From assembly GCA_023267375.1 (NCBI GenBank), contig JAHFNJ010000006.1, positions 684 to 64,683 on the forward strand: a stretch of DNA of 64,000 nt, read 5' to 3'. The notes beneath the pieces were generated by a model that was given only the letters and a program-made list of their open reading frames with translations, did no database searches and was not told where the DNA came from. This DNA comes from Candidatus Nomurabacteria bacterium. Lineage in GTDB: Bacteria > Patescibacteriota > Minisyncoccia > Phycocordibacterales > UBA9973. Shown piece after piece: positions 9,004 to 20,800 of this stretch (position 1 is its first letter; each line of letters opens with the position of its first letter). Position numbers and translations under genes: made by a program.

Positions 9004-9117
9004 AAGTAAAAAATGTCTAAATCCTAATATCTAATGACTAAAAAAGAGAGTCTCAACACAGAATTCTCGTTTCGAATTCTTTTAGACATTAGAAATTCGT
9101 CATTAGGATTTTCTGCT

Positions 9118-9603
9118 CTATTCTATCTCGACGATAGTATATTCTATCGCGCCATTAGGACTTTGGAAAGAGGTCTTATCCCCCTTCTTGTGACCCAATA
9201 GTGCAGTACCAATAGGTGAACGGTTTGAGATCTTTCCTTGTGACATGTTTGCCTCTTCAGAACCGACGATTTGGTAACGTTTAGGCTCCTTCTCGCCTGC
9301 TTTTTTGACAATAACTGTTGAACCAACCTCTACCTTGGTACTGTGGTGTGTTTTAACAATGATCGATTCTTTAAGAATACGTTCAATTTTTGAAATACGC
9401 TCTTCAAGCTTTCCCTGCTCTTCACGGGCCTGATGGTATTCTGCGTTCTCTGAAAGATCGCCAAGTGATTTGGCAAACTCAAGACTGTCCAAAACCTCCT
9501 TACGACGGGTCGTTTGGAGCTCTTTTAATTCAATTTCCAATGCCTTACGCTTCTCTTCGGTTATATACTCTCCTTGGTGATCATCCATACCCTTTGAAAA
9601 CAC
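9118..9603 (-). CDS. greA: transcription elongation factor GreA
   Basis: 161 aa with an N-terminal coiled coil carrying the acidic tip (..LGDLSENAEYHQAREEQ..) and a C-terminal FKBP-like domain. Confidence 0.85.
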   Translation of the reverse strand: MFSKGMDDHQGEYITEEKRKALEIELKELQTTRRKEVLDSLEFAKSLGDLSENAEYHQAREEQGKLEERISKIERILKESIIVKTHHSTKVEVGSTVIVKKAGEKEPKRYQIVGSEEANMSQGKISNRSPIGTALLGHKKGDKTSFQSPNGAIEYTIVEIE

Positions 9604-9737
9604 CTCTCAATAACGAGAGTATGCTTATTATTTATAAGTTATCTTATAGATATTTACAGGCGCAATTGTACCTATTTTTGCCTTAAAAAGCAAGGTATAT
9701 CAATCCATGTTCTAATAAAAGCCTTATATACCAATAC

Positions 9738-11705
9738 TTAAACCCGCCAGACACCCTTAATAATGCCACTCGTTACCTGTACGGTGTCTGATGTGAATAC
9801 TTTTGTATATGAACCATCTTTTGGGTTCTTTTTCTCGATAGTAACAACATACCCACCATTTGGAATCAGGCAATAAAACTGACCTCTTTCTGTTGCAATC
9901 TTGCGGAGCACCTCATTACCTAAGGCTGCCGAATACACCCGAATAATGGCGTTTGCAAGAGGACGGCCGGTTGTTTTATCGACAATACTTCCTAGTTTTG
10001 AAAGTGACGGCCCTACTTCTTTCACAACAAGCATCACAATATAAATTGCAAAAATAAAAATATTGTATGGACGTGGAGCTGATAGAAAAGCAATAAGTGC
10101 CGTAATAAAACCAATCGAGAAAAGAATATCTGTTACTCGGGTCATAATAAAAGTTCGACGTGAGTAAAAATGCGTCAAGGACTGCTCCTGCTTCGCAAAT
10201 TCATTCCAACTAAAATTATTCGGATCCATTGGAATATTCTTGGTGATAACTTCTCCTTGCCTTTTTAACTCAAAATAATTACCAAAATATAAATCGAGAT
10301 AAATTTCATCCCGTGTAACATGCCCCAACAGGAGCGATGGGAATGAGTAGTCTGTTTTTTTTGCTCGAATCATATAGTACCCCGGTGGTGCCATAAACCC
10401 ATACCGACCATCAATATCAGTAATAGCGGTAGCAGCAACTTTCCCTGTTTTATCAACAAGTTCGAGAAATACCGGATCAAGTGGACGTTTTGTAACCGCA
10501 TCATATACAGTACCCCATGGTCGAGCGCGTTTTTTGAGACCTAAAGCAACCAAAAGAAGTGTCCAAATACGCAGCGGTAACAGAAAAATTTCTGAAAGAG
10601 AAAATGGTGTAGAAAATGCAATTGTCGCAATGGATCCAGCTGCTCCGAACACAAGCCCAGTCACCGCAATTGATTTTGAAATAGGATCTGCGTAAGGACT
10701 GCTGATCGTTTCTTTTATTTTAGAAATTGCTGTCTCAGTGATTGTTCCTAATTTTTTATCACAACTATTATCTGCTACACATTTTTCAATAACAACAACG
10801 GTGCGATAAACAGTAGCAGACAATGGGAGACTACTCCGGTCACTTACCGTATATTGTAATGTATACGTTCCAAGATTCTTCGTATCGACAACCCCTGTTT
10901 TTTTAATAAACAGTCTAAGATCACCATCTTCTGCATCAGTTGCTTGAGCACCTGGATCAGTAAAAATATCACCTTGAACTACCGTAATTTTGCTCTCCCC
11001 TAAAAGAGAGATCGAGGGAGGTGTATTTAATACATCTTGCGCTCGTATCACATTGATCGTGCGAATAACGCTTGCAGACAATCCTCCTTTGTCTGTTGCA
11101 GTATAAGTAATAGTATACGTACCGATAACAGCAGTATCTACTTTTTTACCACTTTTTTGGACAGAAAGAATACCATCTTCTACGTCTAATGCTGTCGCAC
11201 CCGGATCAACAAAGGGTTTTCCTTTTACGATAATAATAGGATTATCACCAAGAAGCGTAATATGGGGTGGTGTATTTTGTGGAAGCACAGAACTAACCGT
11301 CAACGAAATTGCAGCTGAAGTGCCAGTGTTCCCTGTGTTATCGATGGCTTTGGCAATAATTTTATAATCACCCTGAGCTAGAGCGTTAGTGTTCCAGTTA
11401 ACTGAATAATTACCAGTACTATCAGCGATATTGGTACTTCCAATAAAGTGCACAGTACTCCCCGTCTGATCTGGTTGAAAATAAAAATCAACTTTTTGTA
11501 TTCCATTAACATCTGTAGCAGAAGCTCTAACCAAAACACTGCCGTACACAACTGCCCCCTGGTTTGGTGAGATAACCGTAGTAATTGGTGGAGTTGCATC
11601 AACAACCGCAATTGAATAGTGAGCGGGAAGAGCAATTATAGAAACTAGTACTATAAAAAGTGCTCGAAAAAATATTCTATGGGGTGTGTTTACAAAAGAG
11701 AGCAT
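9738..11705 (-). CDS. secreted surface protein: signal peptide, Ig-like/DUF5011 domains, conserved C-terminal TM-hairpin/beta-sandwich anchor module
   Basis: Signal peptide MLSFVNTPHRIFFRALFIVLVSIIALPA and two DUF5011-like units (PPHITLLGDNPIIIVKGKPFVDPGATALDVEDG; PPSISLLGESKITVVQGDIFTDPGAQATDAEDG). The C-terminal ~270 aa are paralogous to the C-termini of the 25795-28206 and 28291-32502 genes. Confidence 0.6.
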   Translation of the reverse strand: MLSFVNTPHRIFFRALFIVLVSIIALPAHYSIAVVDATPPITTVISPNQGAVVYGSVLVRASATDVNGIQKVDFYFQPDQTGSTVHFIGSTNIADSTGNYSVNWNTNALAQGDYKIIAKAIDNTGNTGTSAAISLTVSSVLPQNTPPHITLLGDNPIIIVKGKPFVDPGATALDVEDGILSVQKSGKKVDTAVIGTYTITYTATDKGGLSASVIRTINVIRAQDVLNTPPSISLLGESKITVVQGDIFTDPGAQATDAEDGDLRLFIKKTGVVDTKNLGTYTLQYTVSDRSSLPLSATVYRTVVVIEKCVADNSCDKKLGTITETAISKIKETISSPYADPISKSIAVTGLVFGAAGSIATIAFSTPFSLSEIFLLPLRIWTLLLVALGLKKRARPWGTVYDAVTKRPLDPVFLELVDKTGKVAATAITDIDGRYGFMAPPGYYMIRAKKTDYSFPSLLLGHVTRDEIYLDLYFGNYFELKRQGEVITKNIPMDPNNFSWNEFAKQEQSLTHFYSRRTFIMTRVTDILFSIGFITALIAFLSAPRPYNIFIFAIYIVMLVVKEVGPSLSKLGSIVDKTTGRPLANAIIRVYSAALGNEVLRKIATERGQFYCLIPNGGYVVTIEKKNPKDGSYTKVFTSDTVQVTSGIIKGVWRV

Positions 11706-11815
11706 ACTAGAAAATGCTGTGGGATATTTTTAATTTGTACTAACGAAAATCCCTTTTCATAGTATACCAGAAAGCAAGGATGAACAGGGAGAATAGATTA
11801 TGTACTATTACGAAT

Positions 11816-14800
11816 TTAAGACTGTGAGATACTCTGCGCAAGGGCATCTGCGTATTCTTTTACTGAAGAAAGAGTAAAGAGTGATGGATTGATAGGAATA
11901 AAACCAATACTCGCACCATCATGGTTGGCACCGTAAACATACTGGGAACTTAAATCATACGCAGTATTCCAGAGTGAACCTCCGGTAGATTGAGATGTGA
12001 CAGAAATATTTAGAATATCATCATAAGTAACTTTCTTTGCCTGAGTAACATCTCCAGGGACCGAGAGGTATGCAATTTTTTCTGAACCCCCAACAGTTAT
12101 GTCATATATGGTGTTACTTGTAACTGAGGTGCCCCCAGAATTTTGAAGTGAAGTACTTCCACTTGAAGGATCAATTGCATAAATATAAAGGTCTCCACTA
12201 GAAGCCGTAAGGAGTGTGGCATTGCTTGGACTAGCATAGGCCGTAAATTCTTGGATTCGTGTATTGTCCTGATCTGTTACATACACGTGCCCAGAAGAAT
12301 CAATTGTGACACCATTTGAACCCCCTATTTGGCCATTACCTGTACCATATGTCCCAAACTGTGTAAGATACATACCTGCCGGACTGAATATTTCAATTCG
12401 ACTATTATTGTAGTCAGCAACATAGACATTCCCTGTAGTATCAGTTGTCATGTAACGAGCACTGGAAACACCAAACTGTCCTGCACCACTACCGCTAAGC
12501 CCAGCAAGACACGTCGCTGGCGCTACGCAGATTTCAAACTGACTGGCGCCAGTAGAAACTCCCCAGCCGAAAGTATAGAGAAACGCACCCGAAGAAGAAA
12601 ACTTCTGCACACGACGATCTTGTCCGCTGGTCACATAGACATTTCCATTAGAATCAACAGTAACATCCATTGGATTCCAGAATTGCCCACTACCATTGCC
12701 ATAAATACCCTTTTGACAAGTTGATGGAGGGCTACATGTTTCAAGCTGCGCGGTACCAGTGGCAACACCCCAGCCAAACATTGAGAGAAATGTTCCTGAA
12801 GAATTGAATAACTGTACCCTCTGGTTATCAGCATCAACAACGTAAATTGTATCTGCTGGTCCAACAGCAACACCCCTAACACTACCGAATTGCCCGTTTC
12901 CAATACCAGGTGTTCCCCATTGGAAAAGGAAATTTCCCGAAGAATCAAATTTTTCGACACGAGTTAAATCACCAACATACAGATTACCCTGAGAATCGAC
13001 ATCGAAATAACTAGGTGAATTAAATTGACCAGGGCCATTCCCGGGAATCCCCGCACGACACGTCGCTGGCGCTACGCAGATTTCAAACTGACTGGCGCCA
13101 GTAGAAACTCCCCAGCCGAACATACGGAGGAAAGTCCCGTCCGAACTAAATTTCTCAATGCGAGCGCCTGATAAATCTGCAACATATATGTTGTTTGATG
13201 AATCAATCGCAATATCATATGGGTTTGTAAACTGCCCATTCCCAGTACCATCTGATCCCCATTTATTCAAGAATGTTGGTGTTGCGGGAGGAAGTGATGC
13301 TCCTTGAGAAACATCAAGCGCTGTTACCGCATTCCCAAGCCGTGTAGCGGCACTGAAAGATCCAGAAGAAAACGGAATTGCAAATAAACCTGTATTGGAA
13401 GATATGTACGCATATCCAGCATTTGCGGTGGTAGTATATACAGCCAGATCATCTCCAATAGTAGTGATATTTGTTTCTTGGCTAATAACAGGAGGAATAG
13501 TTGGCGCAAATATTGGATTACTATTTTTTACAAGCAATACCAGTCCACCAAATGCACCATCTGATACTGCAACAATAATTTGCCCAGAACTACCGACCCA
13601 TACAGCATTACCTCGTAGTGTGCCAATAGGACGAACAAGGTTGCCAACATTCATAGTCCAAGCAGCAAAAGGATTATCTGGTATTGAAATATCAAAGGCC
13701 TGAATTCCAGCAGAAGGATTAGTTGATGTTACATACGCTATGGTACCATCGACAAATAAATCTGTAGCCGCCCCCGCAATACTAACGTAATTTGGACTCT
13801 TACTAGGTACTGCAGGATTACTTACATCATAGACCTCCAATCTGCCATTTGCAGTAATCATGTACGCATACCCATTACCAGGAGCAACTGTCTTAATACC
13901 ACCGGACTGTAAAACAATAGCTGTCGTAAACGAGAGAATAGCGCCACAATTAGTACCAGTACTATTTGTTGCACATGCTTGGAATTCATAATTAGTACCT
14001 GCTGTTAAACCTCCTGATACTGATTGAGAAAAGGTTCCCGGTGCAAGGTACGTACCTGCAGTAACAATGTTTATAAGATTCCCGGGAGTTCCCCACTTAA
14101 AGAATACATCTGCAGAAACATCATTTACTGCATCGAGTATACCGTTGAGTGTCACCGCACTCTGTCCAATATTGGTAGCAGTATCTGTTGTAACCTCAGG
14201 AGCTACTGCCACAACCGTATCAGTTGTGAATGAAATGATATCCCCACAAACTTGTGCCGGCACCCCAGAGGCACCTTCAGCACATGCGCGATAATAATAT
14301 GTAGTATTTTGAGTTAAACCATTTATGTCAGCATTGAATTCTCCTTGGGCACTTATGTTTGTTGTATTGAGTGGCGTCTGTGTGGCAGATGCAAGTCCTG
14401 GATCTATACTATACTCCATCCATGTATTTGTTTGATTACTCCCCCAAGAAAAACCACTGATAATTTTCCCTGTCAGAAAAGCAGAGGTTGCATCATGAGT
14501 CATTTGGTAACCGGCAGGATTTGTTTCAACAACAGGCGCAGCACTTGGCGCGAATGAATACGGCCTACCATTTGTGAGAGCTGACCCAAACATATAATTT
14601 ACTGTTGGATCATATACGAGTCCCGTCATTTCAAACGAAAGATTTCGAGAAGCAAATGTTGTGAGATTTGATGAATCGGTAAAATCTGTTTCGTATAAAG
14701 TACCTGTTTGTCCACTATCTGGAATAAAAGTATATACAATATTTTTATTCCCCTGACGAGCAATCGCAATGTCTGGTGTCACTCCACAACACCCACCACT

Positions 14801-17800
14801 ATTAGCAAATTGATAGATACTCTTGTTAGTCAACTGATCAGCTACATTTGGTTGAGCAACATCAACAGTAGCGACAGCTAGTTGGTTCCCACTATACACC
14901 CCGACAAGATTAAATACATTAGTACTTTGATCATAATAGAGAGCCATTGATCCATTCTGAGGTAAATTACTCCCTGAAGGAATCACAAATGGGCTCATAC
15001 TTCCTCCGGCAGAAAAATCATACGGAATAATAATGAATCCTTTTTCATATGTCGACAAGTAAATATACCCACTCGTATCATCTTGATAGACAGCCATACC
15101 AGAAATAACACCAAGATCTGTTTCCGAAACCTGTCGTAATACTGGGTTCCACGAAGCATCACCATCGATCATAAAGACTGCTCCATTTGATGTAGTCTGA
15201 GAACTATCTGATACCGCAAGTAAAATATTCCCTCTTGCATCTGCGTAAACATTTTTTCCAGTAAGGAATGTATTACCACTAATTGCCGCGTCAAATGTTC
15301 CCATTACAACAGGATTGGTTTTAGTAGCCACATCAACAATAGCAAGTTCAGCTTGTGCATTATCAGAAATCACATACACAGTATTATCAACTACGTATAA
15401 ATCAATCGGCTGCACATCAGTATACAAACCAGGAAGACGGACTACACCAATTGGTTGTGGTGGAGCAAAGTTCGGGCTCGTTGAATCAAAGAGTGCGGGA
15501 TTAGTTATATCGTACACTTCAAGTGTATTTCCTGTAGTAATCATGTACAGATAGTTACCATCACTGGAGGTCCTTACCTTGACCCCTCCAGGAACAAGCA
15601 AGTTCACACCGCGTGTCGTTATATCGTTATTTGTTGTATCAGTAAAGTTAACTGTTGCTGCCCAATCAGCTGGTAATGTATCTGTAATGGTATTACCTAT
15701 ACCAAACTCTGTGTCATCAATGTACGTACGAACAAGGATTGATCCATTTGCAGGAATTGATCCGGTAAACGGACCTTTACCGATCTGACACTGAGCAATG
15801 GAATCATCTTTAACGGTAATTGAGCACGTAACCGTATTTGAGAAGATGTCCACTAACCCTAATTTAGAATCACGTGCGCGAACTGAGAATGTATAGATGC
15901 CTTTCTTTGTTGGAATATTATTAGGAGCAACAGAAATCTGTCCTTGCGTACCAGACGCAGTTATTGTTGATCCAAGTCCATCTGGTAACGCCCCAGAAAC
16001 GATACTAAAGGAAACAGTACTGCCAGATCGAGAACCTGATGTTGTTAGATTTTCTGTTCCATATACTGTTCCAACAATACCATCAGGCATAAGCAAAGCT
16101 GGGCAAGAAAGGGTGAACGACTGTTTTGGAGGAAGAATTGTTACTGTACGAGTTGCTGTGGCAGTGAGTGGATTTCCTGTATCAACACCAGTATCAGTTT
16201 TCCCTGAATCAGTCACACTGTAGGTAATAGTGTACACACCAATAACGTTGGTATCTATAAACGGCACTACTGTTCCGTTACCGTTAGTAATAACAGTAAT
16301 TAAGTTAAGGGGTATTCCCAAAAGTGCATCTTGAACATCGGTCGCAATAGCTCCAGGGTCAACAAATGTACCTACTTTCTTGGTAATGGTGACATTTTTT
16401 AATCCTGTCCCTGAATCTGGAGTAACAGTAATAACAGGAGGGGTATTGGTACCTGCGGGAGGAACCACGTTTACCGTACGAGCGATTGGATCTGCTGGAG
16501 TATTACATGAATCAAAGAAAGTGTAGCCAATGGTATATGTATCAACAACATTAGTATCAAGAGATGGAATAATTGTCCCTGAACCATTCCTAATAAAAAT
16601 ATTAGTTGTTGGTGGAATAATTGGGGAACTATTTCCTTTAGCATCGACGCCAACTGCACCAAGTTCTGTATAAGTACCGCCCTTAACAATTGTTATTGAA
16701 CTACTGCCATTGAGACTAATAGTTGGGGGATTTGCAAGAGGACAATTTCCGCCACCTGAATCAATTTGAATACTATATGTTTCCGAATTAGAATAATACA
16801 CATGAGATGCATCAACCGTCAAAACTGCACGAATAACAATACCTGTATACGCACCTGCTACTGTTGGCAAACCATTAATACCACTTGAATCTGTTGCAAC
16901 AATTGGTACTGAAGAGCGAAGATTTCCAATAGTATTTGGGAGAATGCCTGGTGGTAAGGTGCCTGAAACTAATTCGAATGAAACTGTACCAGCAGTATTT
17001 ACTGTTGTTACTAAAGATGCATCGTATGCGGTACTAAGTACTCCATCATGGAGTGGTCCAGTTGGTGTATCCAATGTAATCGCTGGGATAATAGTAATAC
17101 TACACATCTGTCCACCACCACCAGCCCCACCAATTCCACCACCACCATTTGAGATAGTGACCGTAACAGGCGAGGATGTGGTTGTATGTGAATCTGCATC
17201 ATAGGCAACAGCCGTAAGAATATAATCTCCGTCAAAAAGAACCGTTGTATCCCAGCTTACTGAGTATGTTCCTCCTGAACCTACGGTATCAGTACCGATA
17301 AGATTTGATCCGCGATAAAATTCAACCTTTGTAACACCGTTATCATCGGTTGCAGTTGCAGTAATTGTAATAATTCCTGAAACAGTCGATCCGTTTGTTG
17401 GAGAAGTAATTGTAACACTTGGACCGCAATTGCTTCCGCCGTCAGTAATAATCCAGCCATCACTACTAATCATATTTGCACGCTGCGAGGCAGACTGACA
17501 GTATTTACTGAAACCCCCACTAAACAAAACGTTTGATTTTAAGGAAAGCAGATCCCAGCCAGCCAGCAGTGCGTCGTAATTTGCGATAGAAAGGGTGTCG
17601 CCAGTGAACATACCGTCTGCAGTTGTCACTACGGCAACATCCCAACCGCCAATGTTTTGGTTGAACGCAGTATCATTGGCAAACATGAATGACATGTCAG
17701 TCACCTTTGAGGTATCCCAACCACCTATGTTTTGGTTGAAGGAGGTGGCGCCCGAGAACATTGCGTGCATCGTCGTCACTTCTCCAGTATCCCAACCACC

Positions 17801-20800
17801 GATGTTTTGATTGAAAGCAGGAGCACTATGGAACGTATGATCCATGGTCGTCACCTTTGAGGTATCCCAACCACCGATGTTTTGATTGAAGGAGGTGGCG
17901 CCATCAAACGTCGAAAGCATGTTTGTGACCTTTGAGGTATCCCAGCCTACGAGACTACTATTGAAAGAGGAAGCGCCCAAAAATGTCCCTTCCAGTGTCT
18001 GCACTTCTCCAGTATCCCAGCCACTGATGTTTTGGTTGAAGGAGGTGGCATTGGCAAACGTGTAGGCCATGTTGACTACTTTCAAAGGATCCCAAGCACC
18101 AATGTCTTGATTGAAAGAAGTAGCACCCGAGAACATCGCGAGCATCGATGTCACTTCTCTCACGTCCCAGCCGCCGATGTTTCGATTGAAGGAAGTGGCA
18201 CTATGGAACATGTGGCTCATGTCAGCAACCTTCTCTACGTTCCACGTAGTTATATCTCCATTGAACGAAGTAGCGCTAAAGAACATCCCGGACGTTGTTA
18301 TAACTTTTGAGACATCCCATAAATTTAGTGGTTGATTAAATGAAGATGCTCCCTCAAACATACTACTCATACTAGTTACATTTCCGACATTCCAAGAATT
18401 GAGAGGTTGATTGAAAGCAGCGGCTAAGGCAAATGTACTATTCATACTAGTCACATTCGAAACATCCCAAGAATTGAGTGGCTGATTGAAAATAGTTGCA
18501 CCAGAGAACAGCGATGTCATATCTGTCACATTTGATACGTCCCACGAATTGAGCGACTGATTGAGTGAAGTGGCATTTTGGAACATATGACTCATGTCTG
18601 TTACTTGTGAAAGATCGGGTGTGTCAGTTGCGTTAATCTCAACATTGCTACAACCCTGGAAAGCACCTCCCATAGAATTCCATACTTGCGGACCCCACTG
18701 TTTAACAGAAAGAAGTTTGTCTTTATCTACGCTATTACCAAAAACAATACGCGGAAATGTTCCCGTAATCGAAATGGTATGCACACCTGGAGATGTATAC
18801 GCATGAGTGATATTTCCGGTAATACCAGTGCCGGTGGAACCATCTCCCCAATCAATATCATAGTTGAAAACTCCTCCACCAGTTGGGATAGTAATTGTTT
18901 CTCCACCTGATGTTGTTTGCCATGTAGTAATAAAAGCATCACAGAGCGGAGCTTTCCCTCCATCAGTGATGGTCCACCCATCACTGCTTATCATGTTTGC
19001 GCGCTGTGGTTCTGATTGACAGTAGAGACTCAGTCCCCCACTAAATAGTACGTTTGATTGCAGTGAAAGGAGATCCCAACCAGCAAGCAAGGCATCATAG
19101 TTTGCCGTTGAGAGTGTGTCTCCAGTAAACATACCGTCTGCGTTAGTAACATTGCCAACATCCCATCCGCCGATATCCTGATCAAAAGAAGTAGCATAGG
19201 CAAACATTTGCTCCATTGTTGTCACGTGTGACACATCCCACCCCCCGATAGGTTGATTGAAAGAAGACGCATAGGAAAACATATAGAGCATTTGGGTAAC
19301 TCGTGAAATTTTTGCATCCCAATCAAGTGGCACCCCTCCATTATTGAAAGCTGTCGCGCCATAAAACATGTTATGCATATTAATAGTATTCGAAGAATTA
19401 CTATTAAAAGTCCACTCACTTATATCTTGATCAAAAGCCACAGCCTGTTGGAACATCTGGCTTAAATCAATATTGATACTAGAAAGATTTCCTCCGAGAA
19501 TAGTCCATGTAGCAATCGGCTGATTAAAATGAGTAGCGCTTTGGAACATAATGCTGAAGTCGGTAACTTTTCCTACATTCCAATCAAGAGGTCTATTCTC
19601 GTTATTCCCAGTATCACCATTATTGAAAACTGTCGCGCCATAAAACATTCCCTGCATATTCGTCACATTTGAAACATTCCAGTTACTGATATCTTGGTTG
19701 AAGGATGTTGCACCACTGAACATGTACAACGACTGAACAACATTGGAGAATTTATTATCCCAACTTAGCGGCTTACTACCATTGTTGCCGGTATCGCCAT
19801 TGTTAAAGGACGTTGCACCATAAAATGTGTTGTGCATATTTGTCACACTCGAAATATCCCAGGCAGTGAGTTCCTGATTGAAAGCTATCGCCTGCTGGAA
19901 CATCAAACTCATGTCTTGTACGCTTGAAACATCCCACCCCTCGATAGGCTGATTGAAACTAGCAGCACCGTAAAACATAGCGCTCATATCGGTAACAGTC
20001 CCCACATTCCATCCGCCGATAGGTTGATTGAATACTGATGCACTTTGAAACATTCCCTGCATTGTACTTACACTTGATACATTCCAATTAGCAATAGGCT
20101 GATTGAACGACGTAGCATACGCAAACATATACAACATGCGCGTGACATTTGAAAGTTTGTTATCCCAATCAAGCGGCTGCCCGCCGTTATTGAAAGCAGT
20201 CGCACCATAGAACATGTTCTGCATATTTGTGACATTCGAAACATCCCAATCACTAATATCGGTATTCATAGACGTAGCACCTTGAAACATGATACTCATA
20301 TCTTCCACTGAGGTTAAAACAGGATTACCTGCCGAAGCACTTATTGTAAGATTACTACATCCACGAAAAGCTTCAGTGAAGGTATCCCACTCTTGCCTTC
20401 CCCACTCTTCAACTGAAAGAATTTTATCTTTGTTTAAAATTGAAGGAAAACTATTATCCTTTATGTTGCTATTTGCAAAATAAATTGCAGGAAAATCACC
20501 ATTAATCGAAACAGTGTGTATCCCAGCGGTTGCGTATGTATGCGAAGGATTTGCACTACTCCCAGTGGTAGCGGCAGTGCCGTCTCCCCAATCGATATAG
20601 TAGTTATAGCTATACCCGCCATTTGTTGGAATGGTAATTGATTCCCCGTTGTTTGTCGTTTGCCAAGTGGTAACAAATGCGCCACAGAGCGGGTCTTCTC
20701 CGCCATCAACAAATTCATTTGTGTAATAAGGAGGTGAATACCACTGATACGTATCGCGGAGTATTGTTCGTTGTGTAGCAGAGGTACAATACATACTTGT

